From positions 227,717 through 291,716 of the forward strand of contig CAWGHH010000001.1 of assembly GCA_963822405.1 (NCBI GenBank): a stretch of 64,000 nucleotides of DNA, in the 5' to 3' direction. How positions within the stretch are numbered: the first letter of the stretch is position 1; each line of letters opens with the position of its first letter. Positions 41,335 through 49,937 of the stretch are shown piece by piece. Source of the DNA: Candidatus Uhrbacteria bacterium. GTDB lineage: Bacteria; Patescibacteriota; Patescibacteriia; UBA9934. Made by a program: the position numbers and the translations under genes. Below the pieces are notes generated by a model that saw only the letters and a list, made by a program, of their open reading frames with translations, ran no database searches and was not told the DNA's origin.

Positions 41335-42030
41335 ATGGCTATCCCAAAAAATAAACTCGCTAAGCCTAAAGTTGGACCTCCGACTCAAAGATTTCTTGAT
41401 ATTGCGGAAATTCGGGAAGATACAGTGGTGATGAAGGATGGAACCTTGAGAGCAGTGTTATTAGTGTCGAGCATTAACTTTGCCCTGAAAAGTGAAGACG
41501 AACAGCAGGCAACTATCCAAGGCTACATGCAATTTTTGAACGGTCTTGAGCATCCTATTCAGATTTCCATTCAATCTCGTAAGATGAATGTTGATGCGTA
41601 CATGCAGAAGATGAAGACCCAGGAGGAGACTATTAGCAATGAATTATTGAAGGGGCAAATTCGTGACTACATGTCATTTGTGTCAGAGCTGGTTGAGCTT
41701 GGCGAGATTATGCAGAAGCGCTTTTTCTGCATTATTCCGTATGATCCAATTGAGGCCGGACAGAAAAGCGGGTTTGTTCAGAGATTAACTGCGGCTATCT
41801 CGCCAGCAGCCATGTTGAAACTAAACGCTAAGCAGTTCCGAGACCGTCGGGATGTGCTTGTTCAGCGTGTAGGAAACATTGCTGGCGGTTTGCAGAGCAT
41901 GGGTTTGCAGGTAGTCCAGCTTGATACGCAGGGACTGATTGAACTTTATTACAATTCCTATAATCCAGGAGCGGCGGATGAGCAAAAGCTCGCCCCGATT
42001 GAAAAGCTCCAGGTTGAGACTCGCTTTTAA
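41335..42030 (+). CDS. TraC/VirB4 N-terminal-like accessory protein
   Basis: LLVSSINFALKSEDEQ, FLNGL..PIQISIQSR, ELYYNSYNP; lies between prgI and virB4. Confidence 0.7.
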   Translation: MAIPKNKLAKPKVGPPTQRFLDIAEIREDTVVMKDGTLRAVLLVSSINFALKSEDEQQATIQGYMQFLNGLEHPIQISIQSRKMNVDAYMQKMKTQEETISNELLKGQIRDYMSFVSELVELGEIMQKRFFCIIPYDPIEAGQKSGFVQRLTAAISPAAMLKLNAKQFRDRRDVLVQRVGNIAGGLQSMGLQVVQLDTQGLIELYYNSYNPGAADEQKLAPIEKLQVETRF

Positions 42031-42032
42031 GT

Positions 42033-43952
42033 ATGGCTTTTAACGTCGAAGACCTAAAAAAACAGCCTACTAGCGTGGCCACTAAAGCCCGCAAGCTTTC
42101 CGTTCAAGAAATGAAGGCTACAGAAGAGCGAGCGACCCTTGAGGAGGAACGGTCTTTTAGGCGAGGCACGGTTAGCGTTCGTGATCTAATTGCGCCAGCG
42201 TCTTTTGAGGTGCAGTCAACATATTTGGTAGTTGGTGATCGGTTTTGCCGGACACTATTTGTGACCACTTATCCACGTTACGTTGGTATTGGTTGGGGCG
42301 CGCCGATCATTAACTTCAAGGGAACAATTGATATTGGCATGTTCGTGTACCCAGTGAAGAGTGAGGTAATTTTGAAGCAACTACGTGACAAAGTTGGTCA
42401 GATTGAGTCGCAGATTGTATCTGATAATGAAACGGGGAAGCCACGTGATCCTATTCAAGAAACTGCGCTGCGTGATGTTGAGCAACTTCGAGATGACCTA
42501 ACGCAGGGAATCGAGCACTTCTTTCAGTTCGCTTTTTACGTGACCATGTATTCAGATAGCAAAGAGAACTTGGATAAGCGAACAGAAGAAATCGAAGCAA
42601 TATTTGGCGGAAAACTTATTTATTCAAAGCGTGGTTTGTATCAGGCCGAGCAGGGATTCAATTCGACATTGCCGTTGTGTAATGATGAGCTAATGGTTCC
42701 GTTTAACATGAATACGAGCCCGATTGCCTCGTCATTCCCATTTATCTCGTCTGATGTATCTAGCGACAATGGAATTCTTTATGGCATTAACCGCCACAAT
42801 AACTCGTTGATTTTGTTTGATCGTTTTTCGTTGCAGAATGCAAATTCGATCGTGTTTGCTACTTCCGGTGCGGGTAAAAGCTACTGTGTGAAGCTCGAAA
42901 TTTTACGCTCGATGATGATGGGCACGGACGTCATTGTTATTGATCCAGAAATGGAATATCGCCAGCTATCAGATGCTGTTGGCGGTACTTATGTGAACGT
43001 TTCGCTTTCTTCCCAAGCTCGCATAAACCCATTTGATCTTCCAAGGCCAAAAGGCGAAGAAACTTCTGTTGAAGATATTTTGCGTAGTGCGGTTATTACG
43101 CTCAAGGGGCTTCTGCGTATCATGATTGGTAAGCCAATGGGGGAGAAGGCGGTGCTTGGTTTTACGCCGGAAGAAGATTCGTTGCTTGACCGGGCCTTGC
43201 TTGAAACTTACGCCAAGAAAGATATTACGGCTGATTTGCCAAGCATGCTCGGTATCACTGAGTACCCAACGCTGAGTGACTTGGTCGAAATCTTAGAGGG
43301 CATGGAAGGCGGAGAGAACCTGGTAGCGAGATTAACAAAGTTTACTTCGGGGACTTTTGCCGGACTGCTGAACTCGCCAACTACGGTTGAGATGAGAAAT
43401 CAGCTAGTTATTTTCTCAGTGCGTGACCTTGAGGATGAGCTGCGTCCAATGGCTATTTATACCATTGTTAACTATATCTGGAACGTGGTTCGCTCGGAGC
43501 GGAAGAAGCGCATTTTGACTATTGATGAAGCGTGGTGGTTGATGCAAAATGAGGACTCGGCTAAATTTATCTTTGCCCTGGTCAAGCGTGCGCGCAAATA
43601 TTATCTAGGCGTGACGACTATTACGCAGGACGTTAATGACTTTTTGCGCAGCCAGTATGGTCAAGCGATTGTGACTAACTCGTCCATGCAGATTTTGCTT
43701 AAGCAATCACCGGCGGGCGTAGACACAATTTGCAATACTTTTAACTTAACCCAAAGTGAAAAGTATTTGTTGCTTGAGGCTGCTATTGGCGAGGGCATCT
43801 TCTTTGCCGGTCAGAAACACGCGGCTATTAAGATCGTTGCCTCTTATACAGAAGACCAGATTATTACGACTAATCCAGAGCAGTTACTGAAGATTGAGCG
43901 CGCCCGGGAAGAATTGCAAAAGTCATTGCAGAATGACGCCGATAAGAAATAA
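42033..43952 (+). CDS. virB4: VirB4-like ATPase
   Basis: Walker A ATSGAGKS, IDPEMEY, INPFD, Walker B LTIDEAW, KRARKY, ITQD, GEGIF. Confidence 0.88.
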   Translation: MAFNVEDLKKQPTSVATKARKLSVQEMKATEERATLEEERSFRRGTVSVRDLIAPASFEVQSTYLVVGDRFCRTLFVTTYPRYVGIGWGAPIINFKGTIDIGMFVYPVKSEVILKQLRDKVGQIESQIVSDNETGKPRDPIQETALRDVEQLRDDLTQGIEHFFQFAFYVTMYSDSKENLDKRTEEIEAIFGGKLIYSKRGLYQAEQGFNSTLPLCNDELMVPFNMNTSPIASSFPFISSDVSSDNGILYGINRHNNSLILFDRFSLQNANSIVFATSGAGKSYCVKLEILRSMMMGTDVIVIDPEMEYRQLSDAVGGTYVNVSLSSQARINPFDLPRPKGEETSVEDILRSAVITLKGLLRIMIGKPMGEKAVLGFTPEEDSLLDRALLETYAKKDITADLPSMLGITEYPTLSDLVEILEGMEGGENLVARLTKFTSGTFAGLLNSPTTVEMRNQLVIFSVRDLEDELRPMAIYTIVNYIWNVVRSERKKRILTIDEAWWLMQNEDSAKFIFALVKRARKYYLGVTTITQDVNDFLRSQYGQAIVTNSSMQILLKQSPAGVDTICNTFNLTQSEKYLLLEAAIGEGIFFAGQKHAAIKIVASYTEDQIITTNPEQLLKIERAREELQKSLQNDADKK

Positions 43953-43955
43953 TTT

Positions 43956-44519
43956 ATGACCAGAAAAAGTGAAATCGGTTTAGCTGTTGGAGTTTTAGTC
44001 TTATTGATTATTGTTGTTATTGCATTCATGCTTCGTCAGCCGGTAAAGTCTGCCATCGTGAGCGACGCAAGCGTCGTGCCAATCACCACTTCGAATGGTA
44101 CGCAGCTTCCCCCTCCCGGGGGGATAGAGGGGGTCGTTCCCGCGCCCGTTGCCAATCCTCAAACCGCTACCATGATTTTCGTTGAACGGTTTTCGAGCTA
44201 TTCGTCAGAATCTAATTTTGCGAATGTGAAAGATGTGTTGTCACTTGTGACAGCTAGCTTATCTACTAAGATCCAGGCTGTAGCCACTGAACAACGTGCG
44301 AAGGGAATAGATCAAGCCTATTACGGGATATCGACTAAAGTTATTTCACAGAACGTGCAGGAACAGACGGACACAGTCGCTACTATCATAGTTAGCACCC
44401 AACGAGCTGAGTCGATCGGCAGTCCAAGTAACGCCACTGTTCGTTATCAAGATGTTACAGTTAAGCTCATAAAAGAAGGCGAAGCATGGAAAGTGGACGA
44501 TTTCACCTGGGCAATTTAG
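43956..44519 (+). CDS. single-TM protein with NTF2/VirB8-like C-terminus
   Basis: N-terminal TM, FVERFSSYS, C-terminal VKLIKEGEAWKVD. Confidence 0.55.
   Translation: MTRKSEIGLAVGVLVLLIIVVIAFMLRQPVKSAIVSDASVVPITTSNGTQLPPPGGIEGVVPAPVANPQTATMIFVERFSSYSSESNFANVKDVLSLVTASLSTKIQAVATEQRAKGIDQAYYGISTKVISQNVQEQTDTVATIIVSTQRAESIGSPSNATVRYQDVTVKLIKEGEAWKVDDFTWAI
44106..44135. repeat. 30-bp C/G-rich element inside CDS
   Basis: CTTCCCCCTCCCGGGGGGATAGAGGGGGTC. Confidence 0.75.
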
Positions 44520-45175
44520 TCGAGCCGTTCTTAAACGCAATTTTTCCGCGTTATTGTGTTTCGTGTAAACAGGAAGGATCTTTACTCTGTTCTTCTTGTT
44601 TTGCAGATTTTGATGATCGAGTATTTAAGGTCGAGGACAGCCATTTAACAATGTTCGCCTACGGCAACCCGATTATTCGTGATCTGATCAAGGCGTATAA
44701 ATATGACTTTGATCATTCGGCCTTTAGAATCTTGCAGCGTCTGGCCGAGCCGGAGATGCAAATTTTGAAGTCTTTTATTGGTGAAGGAATTCTGACACCC
44801 ATCCCACTGGCTTCATTGCGATTCCGAGAGAGGGGATTTAACCAGGCCGAAGAAATTGGTTGATGGCTCGCGAAATCAACTGGTGCGGAGATCTCTGATC
44901 TTCTAAAAAGGGAAGAAACAAGAGGCCACCAGGCTGAGCGTACCGTGGAAGAACGCGAAACGGCCATGGAACGGAGTCCGTTCAATATGGTTGCAACTTC
45001 CCCCTCCCAGGGGCTCGCCCGTAGGGCGGTCTACGCCCGAGGGGATAGAGGGGGTCTCAGTGTGGTTCTCATCGACGACGTCTGGACCACCGGTTCAACC
45101 ATGAAGGCGGCCGAAAGAACCTTGAAAAACAGCGGAATTGAGAATGTGAAATATATAACTTTAGCCAAAGGTTAG
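44486..45175 (+). pseudogene. comF: ComF-family PRTase with in-frame TGA at 44861-44863
   Basis: FPRYCVSC..LCSSC, IPL..RFRERGFNQAE, then TGA; the same frame continues to HQ and VLIDDVWTTGST. Confidence 0.85.
44997..45056. repeat. C/G-rich element with extra internal hairpin inside comF
   Basis: CTTCCCCCTCCC-[AGGGGCTCGCCCGTAGGGCGGTCTACGCCCGA]-GGGGATAGAGGGGGTC. Confidence 0.75.
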
Positions 45176-45202
45176 TTGTTCGTTTGGGGATGGCACCCTT
45201 GC

Positions 45203-45223
45203 TAACGCGACTGAGTCGCGTTA
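45203..45223. promoter_or_regulatory. candidate Fur/Zur operator
   Basis: Perfect 10-1-10 inverted repeat TAACGCGACT-G-AGTCGCGTTA between TTGCTA (45199) and TAAGCT (45222), 17-nt spacing. Confidence 0.75.
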
Positions 45224-45235
45224 AGCTAAAGGGGT

Positions 45236-45676
45236 ATGCCAGATGAAAGAGTAGAGTCAGTCATCGGAGAAATGCAATATGAAGGATTCCGGATCTCTCC
45301 TCTTCGACGAGAAATTATTGATATTTTCCTTCGATATAAACCTCCACAATCGGCCGATGAATTACAGGTTATACTTAATAAACGAAAAGTTCTATTTCAC
45401 AGGGCTTCTCTATATAGGGAGTTAGAATTCTTGATTAATTGGAAATTCTTGGAAAAGGTTTTGTTCGGTGATGGTGTTACAAGATACGAAACATCCTGGC
45501 ATAAGCATCATCATCACTTGGTTTGTACTAATTGTTCGTCTTCAGTTGATGTCGAGTTTCCAGAGTCTCCTCTTGAGAAAGTTGCTGAAGTTGCGGCAGA
45601 CAAATATTCCTTCTCTATTAAAAGTCACACTCTTGAATTTTTCGGCCTATGTCAAAAATGCCAGTCTTCGCGATAA
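45236..45676 (+). CDS. Fur-family regulator, probably Zur
   Basis: ASLYRELEFL, HHHHLVCTNC, HTLEFFGLCQKC; heads a Zn/Mn ABC operon. Confidence 0.9.
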   Translation: MPDERVESVIGEMQYEGFRISPLRREIIDIFLRYKPPQSADELQVILNKRKVLFHRASLYRELEFLINWKFLEKVLFGDGVTRYETSWHKHHHHLVCTNCSSSVDVEFPESPLEKVAEVAADKYSFSIKSHTLEFFGLCQKCQSSR

Positions 45677-46326
45677 AAAACCTTGGCTACTCAGCCGGTG
45701 GCAACGTCATTTTAGACGGGGTCACGGTTGATATTCATGAAGGCGAATATCTTGGAGTGATCGGTCCAAATGGCGGAGGCAAAACAACTTTTTTGAAAAT
45801 ATTACTTGGGTTGATTGAACCAACCGAAGGTTCTATTGGGCGTAAGGTTGACCGCGCTCGCGTGGGCTACATTCCGCAACGCAGCAACACTATTGGCGAG
45901 CATTTTCCAGCTACCGTGAGAGAGATTATTGAAAGTGGTCAGACGCCAGTGAAGAAGAACGCTAAAGCTCTCGCTAGAGCCATAGACGCTACTGGCGTTA
46001 AACATCTTTTAGCTCGACGAATCGGTACTTTGTCTGGCGGTGAACGCCAGCGAGTTTTGATTGCTCGCGCCTTGTCAGCGGAACCAAAAGTGCTCATGCT
46101 TGATGAACCGACGAGCGCGATTGACGTTAAAGGCCAAGAAGATTTCTTTCACTTTGTCCGAGAACTACGAGACAAGTTGAAGCTTACGGTTATTTTAGTG
46201 TCGCACGATGTTGATGTTGTATCACATGAAGTAGACGAAGTATTGTGTTTGAACCGTCACATGATTTGTCACGGTCCAACGGAGGAAATCATGCGTCATC
46301 CACACCTTATCCACGGACATAAATAG
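45649..46326 (+). CDS. znuC: Zn/Mn ABC transporter ATPase (ZnuC-like)
   Basis: GPNGGGKTT, GYIPQ, LSGGERQRVLIARAL, LDEPT, His-rich tail. Confidence 0.85.
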   Translation: MSKMPVFAIKNLGYSAGGNVILDGVTVDIHEGEYLGVIGPNGGGKTTFLKILLGLIEPTEGSIGRKVDRARVGYIPQRSNTIGEHFPATVREIIESGQTPVKKNAKALARAIDATGVKHLLARRIGTLSGGERQRVLIARALSAEPKVLMLDEPTSAIDVKGQEDFFHFVRELRDKLKLTVILVSHDVDVVSHEVDEVLCLNRHMICHGPTEEIMRHPHLIHGHK

Positions 46327-46327
46327 T

Positions 46328-47368
46328 ATGGACAATGCTAATTACGCCCGTGCCAAGGTTTTGAACATCATCAAAGAAGGGGAGACTAATGATTCTAGTG
46401 GCTCGATGAAATTTCAGAATGTCACTCTTGAGATCCAAAGCGGAACTGAGCACGGTAAGATAGTAAATACTGAATACTCTACGGCCTCCGCCATTTTTGA
46501 TAAACAGAAATTACACACTGGTGAGCAGGTCGTTATTGCCAAGTCAACGGATTATCGCGGCGACACCTATGACGTCATGGACAGCTATAGATTGCCAATG
46601 GTTGGCGTATTCTTGTTGATTTTCTTTGTCCTGGCTGCTTTTTTTGGTAAAGGCAACGGGGCGCGCGCCGTGCTTGGACTTGGCGTCAGTTTGCTCGTCC
46701 TCATGTTATTCGTTGTCCCGCAAATCTTTGCCGGTCATAGTCCGCTTTTGATTTGTGGTCTTGGTTCGGCATTTATTGCGATCATTTCTATTCTCTTGTC
46801 GCACGGTTTGAATATCCGAAGTTACGTCGCTCTCGGGGCGACTCTATTTGCGCTCGTGGTTGCGTTCGTCTTCTCTGCGCTCGCCGTTCACTTGGCTGCG
46901 TTATCCGGGGGAGGAACCGAAGAGGCAATGTTCTTGCAACTAAACTATTTAACTAATGTCGATCTTCAAGGTCTGCTTTTGGGTGGCATGGTGATTGGTA
47001 CTCTGGGTGTACTCGACGATGTGACGACCGCGCAAGTGGCTGCCGTAGAAGAAATTCACAACGCCAATGACCGGTTTACCGCTGTTGAGTTATATCAGCG
47101 CGGGCTGTCTGTCGGGCGAGAGCATATCGCTTCACTCGTGAACACACTCGCTCTTGCCTATGTTGGCGCATCATTTCCAATTTTCCTGCTGTTCTCCATG
47201 CCAGACGCGCCACCACTATGGGTACTTCTGAATTCTGAGCAGATCATGGAGGAAATTGTCAGAGCGTTAGTTGGTGGGGGAGCTTTGATCTTGGCGGTTC
47301 CGATTTCAACTATCCTGGCCGCTTACATCTTTGCTGGACGAAAAATTAGAAAACAACACTATGATTGA
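46328..47368 (+). CDS. YibE/F-family membrane protein
   Basis: LGVLDDVTTAQ, GREHIASLVNTLALAYVGASFP, EEIVR, LAVPIST. Confidence 0.88.
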   Translation: MDNANYARAKVLNIIKEGETNDSSGSMKFQNVTLEIQSGTEHGKIVNTEYSTASAIFDKQKLHTGEQVVIAKSTDYRGDTYDVMDSYRLPMVGVFLLIFFVLAAFFGKGNGARAVLGLGVSLLVLMLFVVPQIFAGHSPLLICGLGSAFIAIISILLSHGLNIRSYVALGATLFALVVAFVFSALAVHLAALSGGGTEEAMFLQLNYLTNVDLQGLLLGGMVIGTLGVLDDVTTAQVAAVEEIHNANDRFTAVELYQRGLSVGREHIASLVNTLALAYVGASFPIFLLFSMPDAPPLWVLLNSEQIMEEIVRALVGGGALILAVPISTILAAYIFAGRKIRKQHYD

Positions 47369-48167
47369 TTTTTTTAGCTCGGAATTGCTTTTAAGAGGTT
47401 TGCTGGCCGGTCTGGCTGTAGCCGCAGTCGCGCCAGTACTTGGTATCTTTTTGACGGTCAAGCGACAGTCGCTAATTGCTGATACCATTGCGCACTCTTC
47501 ATTAGCCGGTGTAGCCATTGGTATTGCTCTCGGCATTAATCCCATTATTGGCGCGGTCATGTTTGCGTTCCTAGCCGCCATTGTCATTCACTTGCTTGGA
47601 CGACGCGGGGGAATGCTGTCGAACGACGCCTCACTTGCGGTAGTTATGAGCGGTGGGTTGGCGCTAGCGGTAGTAATTTTGTCAGCGTCTGGTCAGCTTG
47701 ATACTGAGGCACTCGAATTTTTATTCGGCAATATTTCTAATGTTGGTATCCCGCAACTCACTGCAATTATTCTCGCCTCGACTACAGTATTATCATTCAT
47801 GATCCTGTTCTTCCGCGCCCTGTTCCTGATCGCCTTTGACGAAGACATTGCTCGCTCACAGGGAATGCGTGTAGACGCCTATAACCTCTTTCTAGCCCTG
47901 GCTACGGCCGTAGTGGTAGCAGTTGGCATGCAGGTAGTTGGCGTCTTGCTCATGGGTGCACTCATGATCATCCCTGTACTTGGCGCTCTAGAATTCGGTC
48001 GAAGTTTTAAGCAGACAACATTGATAGCTGTCATCATCTCTCTGTTGAGCGTTTTCATTGGCATGTATCTCGCTTTCACCTTTAATCTCGCCGCTGGAGG
48101 AACAATAGTCCTTGTAGCTATTGGTTTCTTTGTTTCTGGCCTGACCGTTAAGGCTCTTAGGCAATAG
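47361..48167 (+). CDS. znuB: Zn/Mn ABC transporter permease (ZnuB-like)
   Basis: SLIADTIAHSSLAGVA, FLFGNI, FDEDIA..G, VVGVLLMGALMIIP. Confidence 0.87.
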   Translation: MIDFFSSELLLRGLLAGLAVAAVAPVLGIFLTVKRQSLIADTIAHSSLAGVAIGIALGINPIIGAVMFAFLAAIVIHLLGRRGGMLSNDASLAVVMSGGLALAVVILSASGQLDTEALEFLFGNISNVGIPQLTAIILASTTVLSFMILFFRALFLIAFDEDIARSQGMRVDAYNLFLALATAVVVAVGMQVVGVLLMGALMIIPVLGALEFGRSFKQTTLIAVIISLLSVFIGMYLAFTFNLAAGGTIVLVAIGFFVSGLTVKALRQ

Positions 48168-48176
48168 GAAAACTAC

Positions 48177-49937
48177 TTAACTCTTGCTCTCTCTGTGTAG
48201 TAACATGTCGATCGCTTCTTTGAGCGATCCCGCTGGGATAATTTCTCCTCCGTTTACAAAGAATATTTCGTCGGCATTCTCGATCGTGTTGAGTCGATGG
48301 GCGATGATGATGCGCGTGGTTTCTTTCGGGAGTGCGTTTAATGCTTCGCCGAGTAGTTGCTCGGTGACGGTGTCGATGTTCGCGGTGGCCTCGTCGAGGA
48401 TCAAGAGTTCTGGTTCACGCAAGATGGCGCGCATGAAGGCTAGGATTTGTTTTTGACCGGCTGAAAGTGAGCCGCCAGTGTTGCCGATTTCGGTTTGCAG
48501 ACCCTTATCGAACCGCGCCACAAGTTTTGTGAGATCCATTTTCTCGAGCTGTGTTGTTAGCTCTTCGTCAGATACATCTGCCAGCTTTTCGTTTCCGTAA
48601 ATAATGTTGTCGCGCACTGTTCCATGAAAGAGGAACGGATCCTGAAGAATGAAGCCAATTTTTTGCGTGCGTTCGGCGCTAGAGTAAGAGCGAATGTCAC
48701 GGCCGTTAAGTAAAACCGTTCCCGATGTCGGGTCATATAAACGCGCCGCGAGTGACGCGGTTGTGGTCTTGCCACCGCCCGTTGGACCAACTAACGCGTA
48801 GGTTTTGCCGGTGTTGAATATGAGGTTTACATTGTGGAGTACGGATTTGCCATCGGGATAGCTGAATTGTACGTCCCTGAATTCGAGCATTGCGGCTTGG
48901 TGTAGGGGCAAGGCGCCGCCTTGCCCGTACGCCGAGGCCGCAATCACGCCCATATCTGATGACAATCCCATGATGTTCTCAATCCTGTCACCGGCGGCCA
49001 GTGCGCCTTGGAAGGACGCCCAGAATGACGCGATTTGGCGCACGGGGTCATAAAAGCGCGAGATATAGCTGAGCGAACTGACGAGGAGTCCAATGGTCAG
49101 TTGGCCGGACATAATGAGCGAGATGCCGTACGTGATAGCAATAAGCTGCGCGGCATTTCCCATGAGGCTGTAAATTGGGGAGAAGACGGTGTTCGCAATG
49201 CCTGCGCCAACAGCCGCGCCATAGTTTTTAGTATTCGCCTCGGCTAAATGTTTGCGGAAATAATCCTGGCGGTTAAAGGCGACCACAACTTTGAAGTTTT
49301 CTAGGCTTTCTTGAACCGCGCCACTGAACGCGCCGGTCATTTGCATGCTTTTCGCGTTCTGCTTCTTGATGATGCCAGAAGTTACCTGCGTAATAATTAG
49401 TAGGGCGAGGGCAGGAATAAGCGTAGCTACGCCAAGTTTCGTGTTAATCGACACGAGCGAGATAGCTGCGCCAATAATCATGAAACCGTTGCCCACAAAT
49501 TGCATGACGGCTTGAGAGAAAAATTGGTTCAGTTTGTCCGTGTCGTTGTTGATGCGTGAGATGAGATCACCGGCTTTATTCTGGTTGAAGAACGCCACTG
49601 GGAGTTCTTCCAGCTTGCCGAAGATCGCATTGCGCAATCGGAAGAGTACACGTTGTCCAACGGCGCCCATGGTGGTGGTCTGCACATAACCGGCAACGAA
49701 CGCTCCGAGGTAGATGAGGGTGAGTTGTAGGGCGACAACGTTTAGACCAGCAAGGTCATGGTGAATGATGTGCGTATCGATAGCATGCCCAATGAGCACC
49801 GGTGCTAAAAGATTTAAGCCGGAGTTCAATAGAATGGCGACGAGCGCAATGAACATTGGGAGCTTTTCGTCCTTGATAAACGGCCAGAAGAACCGGAGTT
49901 TGGCTTTGCTCGGAGTAGTATTAAGACTGTAGTTCAT
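48177..49937 (-). CDS. ABC exporter half-transporter (catalytically intact partner)
   Basis: TMD plus GPTGGGKTT, LSAGQKQ, ILDEAT, IAHRL. Confidence 0.92.
   Translation of the reverse strand: MNYSLNTTPSKAKLRFFWPFIKDEKLPMFIALVAILLNSGLNLLAPVLIGHAIDTHIIHHDLAGLNVVALQLTLIYLGAFVAGYVQTTTMGAVGQRVLFRLRNAIFGKLEELPVAFFNQNKAGDLISRINNDTDKLNQFFSQAVMQFVGNGFMIIGAAISLVSINTKLGVATLIPALALLIITQVTSGIIKKQNAKSMQMTGAFSGAVQESLENFKVVVAFNRQDYFRKHLAEANTKNYGAAVGAGIANTVFSPIYSLMGNAAQLIAITYGISLIMSGQLTIGLLVSSLSYISRFYDPVRQIASFWASFQGALAAGDRIENIMGLSSDMGVIAASAYGQGGALPLHQAAMLEFRDVQFSYPDGKSVLHNVNLIFNTGKTYALVGPTGGGKTTTASLAARLYDPTSGTVLLNGRDIRSYSSAERTQKIGFILQDPFLFHGTVRDNIIYGNEKLADVSDEELTTQLEKMDLTKLVARFDKGLQTEIGNTGGSLSAGQKQILAFMRAILREPELLILDEATANIDTVTEQLLGEALNALPKETTRIIIAHRLNTIENADEIFFVNGGEIIPAGSLKEAIDMLLHRESKS
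48902..48930. repeat. GTAG-type REP inside ABC exporter linker
   Basis: GTAGGGGCAAGGC-gcc-GCCTTGCCCGTAC. Confidence 0.8.

Noticed and set aside
36243-44519. Integrative conjugative element or prophage
   Set aside because: No integrase, relaxase, att-like repeats or phage structural genes; composition resembles the housekeeping genes.
44861-44863. Genetic code 25 (TGA=Gly) or selenocysteine as explanation of the comF TGA
   Set aside because: Several genes end properly at TGA (2576, 7778, 14235, GIY-YIG) and prfB is present. The position is not a Cys equivalent, and I see no convincing SECIS hairpin.
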